From: Acaryochloridaceae cyanobacterium VAR_48_metabat_390
GTDB taxonomy: Bacteria > Cyanobacteriota > Cyanobacteriia > Thermosynechococcales > Thermosynechococcaceae
DNA: 64,000 nt
Assembly (NCBI GenBank): GCA_031422435.1
Contig: JANPLU010000090.1
Coordinates: 1-64,000, forward strand
Direction of reading: 5' to 3'
Part shown: piece after piece, positions 34,517-45,314 of the stretch
How positions within the stretch are numbered: the stretch's first letter is position 1
Layout: every line of letters starts with the position of its first letter
Made by a program: the position numbers and the translations under genes
Notes under the pieces: model-generated
What the model was told of the DNA's origin: nothing
Seen by the model: the letters and a program-made list of their open reading frames with translations, nothing else
The model's database searches: none

Positions 34517-37003
34517 ATGTTTGAACGCTTCACAGAAAAAGCTATCAAAGTTATCATGCTGGCCCAGGAAGAGGCTCGCCGCTTGGGACATAACTTTGTA
34601 GGGACAGAGCAAATTTTATTGGGTCTGATTGGTGAAGGCACTGGCGTTGCGGCAAAAGTGCTGAAATCAATGGGCGTCAACCTCAAAGATGCACGGATAG
34701 AAGTCGAAAAAATTATTGGTCGGGGTTCGGGCTTTGTTGCCGTCGAAATTCCCTTTACGCCAAGAGCAAAGCGTGTCTTAGAGCTATCTCTTGAGGAAGC
34801 GCGTCAGCTTGGTCACAACTACATTGGCACAGAGCACCTACTGCTGGGCTTAATCCGTGAAGGAGAGGGCGTTGCCGCTAGGGTTTTAGAAAACCTGGGT
34901 GTAGATCTGTCCAAAGTGCGAACCCAAGTTATTCGGATGCTGGGCGAAACGGCGGAAGTATCCTCTGGCGGTGGCGGTGGCGGCGGTGGGCGCACCAAGA
35001 CCCCAACCCTAGATGAGTTTGGCTCTAACCTGACCCAAATGGCGGCAGATGGCAAGTTAGACCCTGTGGTCGGGCGACAAAAAGAAATTGAGCGCGTGAT
35101 TCAGATCTTGGGTCGCCGCACCAAAAATAATCCTGTCCTCATTGGAGAACCTGGGGTAGGTAAAACGGCGATCGCCGAAGGTCTTGCCCAGCGCATCGCT
35201 ACGGGCGACATCCCCGATATCCTCGAAGATAAACGGGTGATGACGTTGGATATTGGTCTACTCGTCGCAGGTACCAAATACCGAGGTGAGTTTGAAGAAC
35301 GCCTCAAAAAAATCATGGATGAAATCCGTCAGGCATCCAACGTAATTTTGGTGATCGACGAAGTTCATACCCTGATTGGAGCAGGTGCCGCAGAAGGGGC
35401 GATCGACGCTGCCAATATTCTCAAACCTGCCCTAGCACGGGGCGAACTCCAGTGTATTGGCGCAACTACTTTAGATGAGTATCGTAAGCACATCGAGCGA
35501 GATGCGGCACTAGAGCGCCGCTTTCAGCCCGTGACCGTGGGTGAACCCTCTGTGGATGAAACCATTGAGATTCTTTATGGCCTACGAGAGCGCTACGAAA
35601 AGCACCACAAACTCAAAATTTCAGATGAGGCATTAGTCGCTGCGGCTCAGCTAGCGGATCGATACATTTCAGACCGATTCTTGCCAGATAAGGCCATTGA
35701 TTTGATGGATGAAGCGGGTTCACGGGTTCGCCTGATGAATTCTCAGCTTCCCCCTGCGGCAAAAGAGCTAGACCAGCAGCTCCGCCAAGTTCTGCGTGAC
35801 AAAGATGAGGCCGTGCGCTCCCAAGACTTTGACAAAGCAGGGGAACTGCGCGACAAAGAAATGGAGCTGAAGACCGAAATTAAGGCGATCGCCCAAAATA
35901 AAAAGGCATCCGAGGTTGTGACAGAGGGCGGTGAATTTCCTATCGTCACAGAAGAAGACATTGCGGGCATTGTCGCATCTTGGACTGGGGTTCCGGTCAG
36001 TAAGCTCACAGAATCTGAGTCTGAAAAGCTGCTGCACATGGAAGACACTCTGCACCAGCGCCTGATTGGTCAAGATGAAGCGGTAAAATCCATCTCTCGC
36101 GCCATCCGTCGCGCGCGGGTTGGGTTAAAAAACCCCAATCGTCCGATTGCTAGCTTTATTTTCTCTGGTCCAACTGGGGTCGGTAAAACGGAGCTGACCA
36201 AAGCCTTAGCTGCTTACTTCTTTGGCGCTGAAGAAGCCATGATTCGACTAGACATGTCTGAGTACATGGAGCGGCACACCGTCTCGAAGCTGATCGGCTC
36301 ACCCCCTGGGTATGTGGGCTATAACGAAGGCGGTCAGCTCACTGAAGCTGTTCGTCGGAAGCCTTATACCGTTGTGCTGTTTGATGAAATCGAAAAAGCG
36401 CACCCTGACGTGTTTAACCTTCTGCTCCAAATTTTGGAAGATGGTCGGTTAACAGATGCGAAGGGACGTACCGTTGATTTTAAAAACACCATGCTGATCA
36501 TGACCTCGAACATTGGTTCTAAGGTCATTGAAAAAGGCGGCGGCGGCCTTGGGTTTGAGTTTGGAGAAAGCGAAGTTGATTCGCAGTATAACCGAATTCG
36601 TTCCTTGGTAAACGAAGAGCTGAAGCAGTACTTCCGACCAGAATTCCTGAACCGTCTGGACGAAATTATCGTCTTCCGTCAGCTCACGAAGCCTGAAGTG
36701 AAGGAAATTGCCGATATTCTGCTCAACGAAGTCTTTAAGCGGCTTCTAGAGAAGAATATTACCTTAGAGGTCACAGAGCGATTCAAAGATCGTCTTGTGG
36801 AAGAAGGCTACAACCCTAGCTATGGAGCGCGTCCCCTCCGTCGTGCAATTATGCGGCTCTTAGAAGACAGCTTGGCGGAAGAGATTCTGTCCGGCAAGAT
36901 TCGAGAAACCGATAAGATTATCGTGGACGTGAATGAAGAGGGTCAGGTCGCGGTTCTTCATCCAGAGAAGACTCAAGAGCTTCTGCCTCAAGCTGTTGAG
37001 TAG
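34517..37003 (+). CDS. clpC: ATP-dependent Clp protease ATP-binding subunit
   Basis: [22 protein letters not shown]; two AAA+ modules ([16 protein letters not shown]); UVR coiled coil. Confidence 0.98.
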   Translation: MFERFTEKAIKVIMLAQEEARRLGHNFVGTEQILLGLIGEGTGVAAKVLKSMGVNLKDARIEVEKIIGRGSGFVAVEIPFTPRAKRVLELSLEEARQLGHNYIGTEHLLLGLIREGEGVAARVLENLGVDLSKVRTQVIRMLGETAEVSSGGGGGGGGRTKTPTLDEFGSNLTQMAADGKLDPVVGRQKEIERVIQILGRRTKNNPVLIGEPGVGKTAIAEGLAQRIATGDIPDILEDKRVMTLDIGLLVAGTKYRGEFEERLKKIMDEIRQASNVILVIDEVHTLIGAGAAEGAIDAANILKPALARGELQCIGATTLDEYRKHIERDAALERRFQPVTVGEPSVDETIEILYGLRERYEKHHKLKISDEALVAAAQLADRYISDRFLPDKAIDLMDEAGSRVRLMNSQLPPAAKELDQQLRQVLRDKDEAVRSQDFDKAGELRDKEMELKTEIKAIAQNKKASEVVTEGGEFPIVTEEDIAGIVASWTGVPVSKLTESESEKLLHMEDTLHQRLIGQDEAVKSISRAIRRARVGLKNPNRPIASFIFSGPTGVGKTELTKALAAYFFGAEEAMIRLDMSEYMERHTVSKLIGSPPGYVGYNEGGQLTEAVRRKPYTVVLFDEIEKAHPDVFNLLLQILEDGRLTDAKGRTVDFKNTMLIMTSNIGSKVIEKGGGGLGFEFGESEVDSQYNRIRSLVNEELKQYFRPEFLNRLDEIIVFRQLTKPEVKEIADILLNEVFKRLLEKNITLEVTERFKDRLVEEGYNPSYGARPLRRAIMRLLEDSLAEEILSGKIRETDKIIVDVNEEGQVAVLHPEKTQELLPQAVE

Positions 37004-37034
37004 ATTTGTAACCTAGCGTTCATCAGGTCTGTTA

Positions 37035-37074
37035 AAAGAAATACCGCACTCTATGTAGAGTGCGGTATTTCTTT
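37035..37074. terminator. Bidirectional terminator after clpC
   Basis: AAAGAAATACCGCACTCTA-TG-TAGAGTGCGGTATTTCTTT, a 19-bp perfect stem between convergent genes. Confidence 0.8.
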
Positions 37075-37151
37075 GGCTGAAGCAAACTTCATGTTGGTAA
37101 TTTATTAAAGGCTGAGAACTTAAACCTTCTTTAAATGAGATGTCAGTGATT

Positions 37152-37379
37152 TTAGTAAGCTGCCGTTACCCTAGGGCTAGAAATTCTCCGGTGTAGCATA
37201 ACCGAGGCTGTAGATAAGCCAGGGGCATAGCACTCAATCACTTTACCCGTTAAGCTACAGCTTACGAGAAGGTAGTCACACTCTGGACATTGAGTCCGAA
37301 TCAGATTGCTCTCTTCAATGTGATGTCTTTCTCCGTAGCGACCACAGTTGGGGCATCTCACGGTTTCTATCTGTGTCAT
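37152..37379 (-). CDS. Small conserved cyanobacterial Zn-ribbon protein (often auto-annotated as PriA-like)
   Basis: CPNCG...RTQCPECDYL..C..TGKVIE.YAPG. Confidence 0.8.
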   Translation of the reverse strand: MTQIETVRCPNCGRYGERHHIEESNLIRTQCPECDYLLVSCSLTGKVIECYAPGLSTASVMLHRRISSPRVTAAY

Positions 37380-37795
37380 CTTAAAGTCCTTGTTTGTGAT
37401 GGTTGTAATAAAAATAAACTCGTCTCAGCAAATCAGATATCTACTGTGCGTTTAGTTGAGACTAAGCGTGTAGGGAAGTTAAAGAAGTTGGAATTCAATG
37501 CATAAACGATTCAAAATAATGAAGAAAACAACTTGAACATGAAGCAAGATAAAAGCTGATAGATAAGCTCTACTTCTATAGTGCATCAAGAAATCGGATT
37601 GATCCCAGGGAAAACCTTAAGACAAAATGTGAATTTTCTGAGAACTACTATTTTGAACATGAGACGGCTTGCATTGGGGATCAAGTGATTCACAATCTTA
37701 ACTGTATCTAAAAAGCTTGGGATCAATCTATTCGTCTTAAGAGAGAATTGAATCTGCTCTTTGGACAGACTGAACCGCTCTTAAAATTCTCATAT

Positions 37796-39256
37796 TCATA
37801 GGTTGTTGGGCAGTGACGAACAGCGCTGAAGCTGTGTGATCGCCATCACAACCTGCTCAACTGCCCGCTGAAGGACAGATGTGGGTTGGGTGGAGTGATT
37901 CACCAAAATACTAAACGTCAAGGGTGACTGATCGAGACGCTCCAGATAGCCGGACAGTGCCGTTACGCCCTGAAGCGTTCCAGTTTTAGCCCACAGCCGC
38001 CCCTGGGCAACCGTGCCTATAAACCGCCGTCGCAGCGTTCCGCTTTGGCCTGCTAGGGGCAAAGACGCACGAAAGTTGTCGCGGTACTGAGGTTGAGCCA
38101 TCGCCTTTAGGGTCTGGACGATTGCTCTTGGACTTACTAAATTTTTGCGCGATAGCCCAGACCCGTCTACAAGCTGGTAGCCCAAAGAATTCACCCCTAG
38201 CCGTGTTAGGGCTTGCTTAAGCGCAGCTAACCCTTGCTGAGCGGTCGAGGGAGATGAGCCGACTGTTTGCGCTGTTTTTCCAAGCAGCCGAAGCACGGAT
38301 TCTGCGTAGAAATTATTGCTGTTTTGATTGATCTCGGACATGAGCGCACTGAAAGACGGAAATGGAATAGATGCGATGGGTGTTGATTGAGGTTGAGGGG
38401 CGGCGGTAGTAGTAAGAGACACTTGGCGAATTTGGATTTGGCGATCGCCTAAAATCGCCCGAAACCGCTCTAGAAAATTCAGGCCAGGGTTGGGGACTGG
38501 AATCTCAATCGTCTCGGCGGCTGAACCCGCCCGAAGCTGACCTTTGAGGGTGAGCTGATTACCTTCCCAAACCGTTTCAATAGATTCAGGCGCAGAGGCA
38601 CTGACCGTAACCATTTGATTTTTGACCCGTACATCCTTACGGATGCCAGCAGAAAGCCACTGCGATCGCACGGGCTGCCCTACCTGCTGAGGCGTGAGCT
38701 GCATTGAGAACACGTTGCCGTTGAGCATGAGGCTATTGATCGGCAACCCATCCCCCCCTTGTAAGTCTTCCCAAGACCAGCTCGGTTCAATCAGATTGCC
38801 CGTAAAAAATGAGTCATCTCCAACTAGGGTGCCGATGCTGCGTACCCCTTTAGACTGGAGGATGCCTGCAACTTGTTCCAACTGCTTTTCGTTGAGGCTA
38901 GGGTCGCCTTGACCCACCACGCGCAGGGTTTCTAGGGCAGGCAGTTGACCCGTGGCAAAAAATGGCGTTTGCGGCTTGAACTGAGGGGTAAGCGTGGCTA
39001 GAGCAGCGGCAGTTGTAAGCAGCTTTGCATTAGAAGCAGGCAGAAATAGCTGGTCTGCGTTGTAGGCGTAGGGCGTAGCGCCGTTGCTTAAATCCTGTAC
39101 CAAAATGCCCCAGTAGGCAGTTCTCAAGGATGGCTGCTGAATGACGGCATCAATAGCACTGCTAAGTTGGGGAGGACACAGCGACTGAGCGGAAGCAACC
39201 TGCGCCAGTAGTGCCCAAGCGCATATCCCACCCAAACTATCTTTGATTTTTACCAT
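37796..39256 (-). CDS. dacB: D-alanyl-D-alanine carboxypeptidase/endopeptidase (PBP4, S13)
   Basis: PASNAKL (SxxK), SNN (SxN), DGSGLSR, KTGTL; start moved to ATG 39256 to avoid overlap with nadE. Confidence 0.93.
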   Translation of the reverse strand: MVKIKDSLGGICAWALLAQVASAQSLCPPQLSSAIDAVIQQPSLRTAYWGILVQDLSNGATPYAYNADQLFLPASNAKLLTTAAALATLTPQFKPQTPFFATGQLPALETLRVVGQGDPSLNEKQLEQVAGILQSKGVRSIGTLVGDDSFFTGNLIEPSWSWEDLQGGDGLPINSLMLNGNVFSMQLTPQQVGQPVRSQWLSAGIRKDVRVKNQMVTVSASAPESIETVWEGNQLTLKGQLRAGSAAETIEIPVPNPGLNFLERFRAILGDRQIQIRQVSLTTTAAPQPQSTPIASIPFPSFSALMSEINQNSNNFYAESVLRLLGKTAQTVGSSPSTAQQGLAALKQALTRLGVNSLGYQLVDGSGLSRKNLVSPRAIVQTLKAMAQPQYRDNFRASLPLAGQSGTLRRRFIGTVAQGRLWAKTGTLQGVTALSGYLERLDQSPLTFSILVNHSTQPTSVLQRAVEQVVMAITQLQRCSSLPNNL

Positions 39257-39368
39257 CTCTGTCTCCAACGTGCCTGAGTTGGCGCAATAGTCTACCTTAA
39301 ATAAGATAAAGGCCAATGGTGGCTGTTCATTGCCCAATTTAGAACGCAAGAGCCAAAGCAGTAACCCC

Positions 39369-41117
39369 ATGAAAATTGCGATCGCCCAGCTCAATCCACT
39401 TGTGGGGGATATCGCCACCAATGCCCAAAAAATCTTGAGCGCGGCGCACACTGCCGCAGAGAGGGGCGCACGGCTGCTCTTGACCCCCGAACTTTCGCTC
39501 TGTGGCTATCCGCCCCGTGATCTGCTGCTTAATCCTGCCTTCGTGAGCAGCATGGAGCAGGCTTTGGAGCCACTGACTGCTGCATTGCCCCAGAATTTAG
39601 CGGTCTTAGTCGGGACGGTGGATCGCAATCTCAACGCCTTAACCTACGGCGAAAAGCCTCTCTACAACAGTACCGTTTGGCTAGAACGCAATAAGCCCCC
39701 GCGCTTTTTTCATAAGCGGCTGTTGCCCACCTACGATGTCTTTGACGAAGATCGCTATTTTGCCTCTGGCACCGAAAGCGGCATCATGACCTTGGATGGT
39801 CTGCACCTCGGCATTACCATCTGTGAAGATCTGTGGAATGAAGATTCGTTTTGGGGGCATCGTAGCTACGCCGCCAACCCTATTGCAGAATTGGTAGATC
39901 AGGGGGCTGACCTGGTCATCAATTTATCTGCTTCGCCGTTTTGCGTGGGGAAGCAGGCCATAAGAGAGGCGATGTTAAGCCACACCTCAGCCCGCTATAG
40001 CCGACCGATTCTGTACGTTAATCAGGTGGGGGGAAACGACGATCTTATTTTTGATGGACGTAGCTTAGCCGTCAGTCAGTCAGGGCAGATAGCGGCGCGA
40101 GGCGCGGCCTTTGCAGAAGATTTGATTACGGTGGACTATGACGATAAGCGCCAAGAACTCTCCTTTGCTCAAATTGCCCCCAGCCCCCAGCAGCCCACCG
40201 AGGAAATTTGGGCTGCGCTGGTGTTGGGCGTTCAGGACTACGCCCATAAGTGTGGTTTTGAACAGGTAGTGCTGGGGTTAAGCGGCGGTATTGACTCGGC
40301 ACTGGTGGCGGCGATCGCAGCAGAAGCCCTGGGTGCTTCAAACGTTCTCGGCGTTCTCATGCCCTCTCCTTACAGTTCTGATCACTCGATTGCTGATGCG
40401 TTAGCGCTAGCTCAAAACTTAGGTATTGAAACCCAAACAATCCCCATCGCGCCCCTCATGGAAGGGTTTACTCAGTCCCTCGCGCCTCTATTTGTTGGGA
40501 CAGAATCGGGTTTAGCCGAGGAGAATATTCAGGCGCGAATCAGAGGCAACCTGCTGATGGCGATCGCCAATAAGTTTGGTCGGCTGCTCATCTCAACGGG
40601 CAATAAGTCTGAGGTGGCAGTAGGGTACTGCACTCTCTATGGCGACATGAGCGGAGGGCTGGCGGCGATCGCCGATGTCCCTAAAACCCGCGTCTATGAA
40701 CTTTGTGAATGGCTCAATACCCCTCAGAGTCAAGTCTGGGTGCGATCGCTTTCTCCAAATGCAAAAGGGGAGACTATTCCAACCCATATTTTGACCAAGC
40801 CCCCGAGTGCAGAACTTAAGCCAGGTCAGCTCGATCAAGATTCTTTACCGTCCTATGATGTACTCGACGATATTTTGTACCGCTACATTGACGAGCATCA
40901 ATCCCAGGCGGATATTATGGCTAGCGGACATGATGGGGCGATCGTGAGTCGGGTCTTAGGGTTAGTCAAACGAGCAGAATTTAAGCGACAGCAGGCCGCC
41001 CCTGGACTCAAAATCACTGACCGCGCCTTTGGGACAGGCTGGCGAATGCCGATCGCCTCTCAGTGGGAAGTACAAACGCCTCAACAGCCAGGCGCTTTAA
41101 CAAAGACTGTAAGTTAA
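39369..41117 (+). CDS. nadE: Glutamine-dependent NAD+ synthetase
   Basis: Nitrilase-like N-domain (PEL, ICEDLW), LGLSGGIDSA, ENIQAR, TGNKSE, PSAEL. Confidence 0.96.
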   Translation: MKIAIAQLNPLVGDIATNAQKILSAAHTAAERGARLLLTPELSLCGYPPRDLLLNPAFVSSMEQALEPLTAALPQNLAVLVGTVDRNLNALTYGEKPLYNSTVWLERNKPPRFFHKRLLPTYDVFDEDRYFASGTESGIMTLDGLHLGITICEDLWNEDSFWGHRSYAANPIAELVDQGADLVINLSASPFCVGKQAIREAMLSHTSARYSRPILYVNQVGGNDDLIFDGRSLAVSQSGQIAARGAAFAEDLITVDYDDKRQELSFAQIAPSPQQPTEEIWAALVLGVQDYAHKCGFEQVVLGLSGGIDSALVAAIAAEALGASNVLGVLMPSPYSSDHSIADALALAQNLGIETQTIPIAPLMEGFTQSLAPLFVGTESGLAEENIQARIRGNLLMAIANKFGRLLISTGNKSEVAVGYCTLYGDMSGGLAAIADVPKTRVYELCEWLNTPQSQVWVRSLSPNAKGETIPTHILTKPPSAELKPGQLDQDSLPSYDVLDDILYRYIDEHQSQADIMASGHDGAIVSRVLGLVKRAEFKRQQAAPGLKITDRAFGTGWRMPIASQWEVQTPQQPGALTKTVS

Positions 41118-41138
41118 AGCCCGTGAATAAGCTTGACC

Positions 41139-42131
41139 CTAAAATGGGTTTGCTACAGATTGGGTCACAGGACAGCCAATATTAATTTCTTGGCTTTTAG
41201 GAAAGCTGCGAAGAAGCTGTAAAAACTTCTCGCCCTCAAAACTTCTGGGGTCGCGGCGCGTTCCAGACCGATCTACGCCTTTATGACTGGTGATGCGATC
41301 TTCTGAAACGCCTGTTTTTGAGACTAACCATGCGGCTGAACGATACTGAGCATTGGTATAGCCGCTGTGGGTATTGCCGTTATGCCTGCCGTCCACAGGT
41401 GTTTCAAACGAGATGTGGTAGGCAAAATTATTGACCGATGAGGCGTAGAGTCGATTGGTTTTGACGGATTCTCCCTCAAACATTGAATTCCCTGCGCCAA
41501 AGGCTCGCTTGTCTGGCGGGACGAGGTAAAAAATAGTGCCGTCTAATTTGATTAGCGTATGATAGCTGACCTGATCTGCATCACGGGGGTGGGGCGTTTG
41601 GAAAAACCTCACGGTTTGCCAGCCAGCGCTGACTGTCTCGTGCAGCACTATAATCGGCGGATTTGTCACAACCTGACCATTGATGTCTTGGAGATATCGC
41701 TCCCCAAAGTTAGTGGGGTGTGCTAGGGCCACTTCTTCTCTGGGTGGAGGGCTTGAAAAGTTGCTGTAAGAATACTGCTGCGAATTTGACGGAAAGGTTG
41801 CAAGAGAGGCCTGAGCATTCCCCTGACGAAACCGATCAAGGGTAAGAGGACCTGCCACAAACGCGGTTTCAATATTGGGCTGAGGAGGATACAGCTTGGG
41901 TCTTTGCTGGCACCCCACCACAGGCACATCCGTCAGACTATAGGACTGGCTTCTATTTCGGTTCACAAACTGCGCTAGAAGCTCCCTTGGCTGACGGCTA
42001 ATCACAAAATCAGCCACCGACTGCACAGCCCAGCTTGCTTTAACGCTGCCTATCAGGAGAACCATAACCAGCGCGAGGGTTCCTAACATGACCAAAATTT
42101 TATGCTTCATGGCGTTCTTTCTGGCTTCCAT
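41139..42131 (-). CDS. N-acetylmuramoyl-L-alanine amidase (Amidase_2/PGRP-like), exported
   Basis: Signal/TM segment, IVLHET, SYH, AFGAG, HISFE, ITSH..VD...RDP. Confidence 0.85.
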   Translation of the reverse strand: MEARKNAMKHKILVMLGTLALVMVLLIGSVKASWAVQSVADFVISRQPRELLAQFVNRNRSQSYSLTDVPVVGCQQRPKLYPPQPNIETAFVAGPLTLDRFRQGNAQASLATFPSNSQQYSYSNFSSPPPREEVALAHPTNFGERYLQDINGQVVTNPPIIVLHETVSAGWQTVRFFQTPHPRDADQVSYHTLIKLDGTIFYLVPPDKRAFGAGNSMFEGESVKTNRLYASSVNNFAYHISFETPVDGRHNGNTHSGYTNAQYRSAAWLVSKTGVSEDRITSHKGVDRSGTRRDPRSFEGEKFLQLLRSFPKSQEINIGCPVTQSVANPF

Positions 42132-42140
42132 GGAATGCCG

Positions 42141-42908
42141 CTATCCCATCACCTGAATCACGGGACCCTTGGCTAAACTTCCTGGGCTGAGGCTGAGGCT
42201 GTTCACTTTTCCCTTACGAATTGCTGTTCCTGCCATGGTCTTCAAAAAGTCATCCACGGGCTGGAGCGTGCAGGTAAAGGAATCTGCTGCTGCGGTCTTA
42301 TAGTGGGTTGGAATCACGAGCTTGGGCTGAAGCAGGGCGATCGCCGCCTTTGCCTCCTCTGGTGTGTAGGTTTCATCCGTCCCTCCGACCGGAATAAATA
42401 GCACATCCGGCGTGCCTAGCAAAATCTTTTGCTCAATATTGAGCGGAGAGGCAATCCCCCCCAAATGAACCAGGTTTAGCCCACCCTGCTTCCACTTCCA
42501 GACCGTATTGGTGCCAAAGCGAAACCCATTCTGGCGATCGTGAAGCGTGCGAATCCCCTGAAGCTGTAGCCCATTTGTTTGATAAGGCCCTGGCTCAAAC
42601 AGCAGTTTAGGCTGACCTGGTAAACCTTCAACTACGCCTTCATCCAGTTGACGGCTGCTGATAAGAACCAGTTCTGAAGACACCTTGGGCGCTGCAAACT
42701 TTGCTGTACAGCCAGTCGGACGAAAAGGATTAACCAAAACCCGCACGCCGCTGCCGCTGATGAGAAAGCAGGTGTGTCCTAAAAACTGGATGGTCAGTGA
42801 CTCAGCAGCCTCTGCCTTCAGCGTGAAGTGAGTCGCTAAGCCCATCCCTAAGCTGGCGATCAGTCCGCCTTGGGCATAGCGCAGAAACTGCCTCCGTCTA
42901 ATAGTCAT
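42141..42908 (-). CDS. MBL-fold metallo-hydrolase-like protein with Tat signal
   Basis: RRQFL twin-arginine signal, LGHTCFL, IPVGG, VIPTHY. Confidence 0.85.
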   Translation of the reverse strand: MTIRRRQFLRYAQGGLIASLGMGLATHFTLKAEAAESLTIQFLGHTCFLISGSGVRVLVNPFRPTGCTAKFAAPKVSSELVLISSRQLDEGVVEGLPGQPKLLFEPGPYQTNGLQLQGIRTLHDRQNGFRFGTNTVWKWKQGGLNLVHLGGIASPLNIEQKILLGTPDVLFIPVGGTDETYTPEEAKAAIALLQPKLVIPTHYKTAAADSFTCTLQPVDDFLKTMAGTAIRKGKVNSLSLSPGSLAKGPVIQVMG

Positions 42909-43060
42909 GCGTTCAGTCTTCCTTAGGGTACAAAGTCTCAAAATAAATGATGGCAGCGGCACAGGCGACCGCTCAAAATCTAGTATGAGTGTACCTGTCA
43001 ACGGTACTTTCCTTCAAAAAGACCGCTAGATTGAGCCATTGTTCCTGAGGCCGAAGCACA

Positions 43061-43678
43061 TCAACGCAGTGATAGTGCCGCTGCGGAAGGACTCAGCGCC
43101 ATCAGAAAATTTTGCAGCAGCAGCATACCCGATTCCGTTAAGATGCTTTCTGGATGAAACTGAACCCCTTGCAGATGCGGATACTCACGGTGACGCACGC
43201 CCATAATGGTGCCGTCTTCTGTCCATGCCGTGATTTCTAGAACCTCGGGACAAGTGGAGCGCTCAATCACAAGACTGTGGTAGCGGGTAGCGGTAAAAGG
43301 GTTCTCAAGCTTCTCAAATACACCCACGCCCAAATGCAAAATAGGGGAGGTTTTGCCGTGCATGAGCACTGGGGCTGAGACAATATTGCCACCGTAGACC
43401 TGACCGATGCTTTGATGCCCCAAACAGACGCCCAGAATGGGCATTGATGCCCCCAATTCGCGGATCACGTCTAGAGAAATGCCTGCATCTTCTGGACGGC
43501 CGGGGCCAGGTGAAATAACGATCGCATCGGGAGCCAGTTGGCGAATCTCGTCTAGGGAAATCTGGTCATTGCGATACACCTGCAAATCGCTGGCGACGGG
43601 GTAGGTGTGCCCTAACTCTCCGAGGTACTGCACCAAGTTATACGTAAAGCTGTCGTAGTTATCAATGACGATAATCAA
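43061..43678 (-). CDS. trpG: Anthranilate/aminodeoxychorismate synthase component II (glutamine amidotransferase)
   Basis: [34 protein letters not shown]. Confidence 0.93.
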   Translation of the reverse strand: MIIVIDNYDSFTYNLVQYLGELGHTYPVASDLQVYRNDQISLDEIRQLAPDAIVISPGPGRPEDAGISLDVIRELGASMPILGVCLGHQSIGQVYGGNIVSAPVLMHGKTSPILHLGVGVFEKLENPFTATRYHSLVIERSTCPEVLEITAWTEDGTIMGVRHREYPHLQGVQFHPESILTESGMLLLQNFLMALSPSAAALSLR

Positions 43679-43743
43679 CGCGCGTCACTCCTTCAAGCTA
43701 TTACCTGGCTAGTCTATCCTGATTGGCTAACCCCCCGACCGGT

Positions 43744-44238
43744 TTAATGGCCTAGTACCGCAAGGGCTGCAACGACTCTCCATAATGGGGGCAGCAGCAA
43801 ACAGCTCGCTACGCCAAGAGAAGCCAGGGTAGACACCAGCACCGCCCCAGCCGCACAGTCTTTTGCAATTTTGGCGAGCTCGTGATACTGAGTATCAACC
43901 ACAAGGTCCACGACGGCTTCAATAGCTGTATTCAATAACTCCAGGGTTAAGACAAGACCAATAGTAAGACCAATTAAAGCCAGCTCAACAGGCAGCAGGT
44001 GCAGCAATATTCCTGAACTCACGGCTATGCTGCCAATTACCGCATGAATCCGAAAGTTGCGTTGGGTGACGAAGGCGTACTTTAGCCCTGCACCAGCGTA
44101 TTGAAAGCTAACCCATAGATTTTGGGCAATTTGAAAGGAGTGCTCTCGTCGTCCGGGCTGACGCTTTGCAGAGCGGATAGAAGTGCTGTGAAGAGATTGC
44201 AATAGCTTTTCAGGCATACAGGTAGCAGTTATACTCAC
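43744..44238 (-). CDS. dgkA: Diacylglycerol/undecaprenol kinase family protein
   Basis: QRNFRIH, ELLNTAIEAVVD, AKIAKDCAAGAV. Confidence 0.9.
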   Translation of the reverse strand: MSITATCMPEKLLQSLHSTSIRSAKRQPGRREHSFQIAQNLWVSFQYAGAGLKYAFVTQRNFRIHAVIGSIAVSSGILLHLLPVELALIGLTIGLVLTLELLNTAIEAVVDLVVDTQYHELAKIAKDCAAGAVLVSTLASLGVASCLLLPPLWRVVAALAVLGH

Positions 44239-44347
44239 ACCGAGTTTGATAGAAAGCTTAGCATTTCCCCCTTTGTTTCACAGTTTTAGCATACCCCTCG
44301 GCACAAATTTGTAGCCCTACCCACGTCAATTTTTAAAAGTACCTGCC

Positions 44348-44911
44348 TTAAACGTATCCCAGTGCCTGAGCTGACCATAAAGGCGGCTTAACCCCAATTT
44401 GCTCAATGAGACGGGCTTGCTGTGACAGCATTTGATGAAGGTGTGCTGCGTCTGGGTGATCCCATCCAAGTAAATGAAGCAGTCCATGACTGGCTAACCA
44501 AAGCAGCTCTAGAGCAAGATCGTGACCATTTTCTGCTGCCTGACGGTTTGCTGTCTCCACAGATATTGCGATATCACCCAGATTAGTTGGGAGGTCTGCC
44601 ATCTCTGGTGCTGTGGGGTTTTCATACTCTAGGGCGGCAAAGGCCAAGACATCGGTGGCTTGATCTTGGTGGCGATAGGTGGCGTTGAGGGTCTGGATTT
44701 CAGCATCCGTTGTCAGCAAGAGGCTGACTTCGTAGGACTGGATTTTAGATTGCTGAGGGTTGAGCGCATTTATCCACTGTTCAAAATAGGTTTGCCACTG
44801 ATGTTCTGATAGCGCTGCCATCGAACCTATCCCAACGACACCTAACCTATCTGTCTCGAACGCGTTTAGTAGATCTGGCTGTACCTGTAGCGCTAAATCA
44901 ACCTGAATCAT
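44348..44911 (-). CDS. ybeY: rRNA maturation endoribonuclease
   Basis: LNATYR...ATDVLAF, LGDIAIS, HGLLHLLGWDH. Confidence 0.95.
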   Translation of the reverse strand: MIQVDLALQVQPDLLNAFETDRLGVVGIGSMAALSEHQWQTYFEQWINALNPQQSKIQSYEVSLLLTTDAEIQTLNATYRHQDQATDVLAFAALEYENPTAPEMADLPTNLGDIAISVETANRQAAENGHDLALELLWLASHGLLHLLGWDHPDAAHLHQMLSQQARLIEQIGVKPPLWSAQALGYV

Positions 44912-44932
44912 AGGGAGAACTTGCTCTATGGC

Positions 44933-45109
44933 CTAGTGATGAGTTAAAAAAGCTAATCCCAGCAGTACAGTCATTAACCCCAGGCTAGTCAAACCAAAGT
45001 GAACTAGAGACTGGCGAGATTTACGCACCATGTTTCGCATGGCTAATTTGACATAGCTATCTTTGGGCTTGGGTGCGATGGCAGGGTCTTGGGTAGAGTT
45101 GGGTTCCAT
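44933..45109 (-). CDS. Small membrane protein, DUF3285-like (58 aa; missing from the ORF track)
   Basis: Manual translation MEPNSTQDPAIAPKPKDSYVKLAMRNMVRKSRQSLVHFGLTSLGLMTVLLGLAFLTHH*; SYVKLAMRNMVRK is a conserved cyanobacterial motif upstream of ybeY. Confidence 0.85.
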   Translation of the reverse strand: MEPNSTQDPAIAPKPKDSYVKLAMRNMVRKSRQSLVHFGLTSLGLMTVLLGLAFLTHH

Positions 45110-45314
45110 GATGTAAGACGATGGGGCTTATGGTTAATTAACTGTAACAGGATACTTTAGGGGTCTGTGAAGGGTTGGTGAAGGCGCAAACAGCGTCATT
45201 GGGAAACCTTTAGCACCCGTTTGATAGAGATAGTTTTTCTGATGCTAATCGCAGCATAAACATATTTCTAGAGATTTCCTGAAAGATCACCTTTGCCGAA
45301 CCAACCCTTCATCG

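Noticed and set aside
34967..34990. GGC/GGT run in clpC as a possible contingency repeat
   Set aside because: In-frame poly-Gly linker between the N-domain and AAA1; mixed codons and no frameshift potential
39330..39451. Apparent head-to-head overlap of the dacB and nadE ORFs
   Set aside because: Artefact of longest-ORF starts; the likely starts (39256 and 39369) do not overlap
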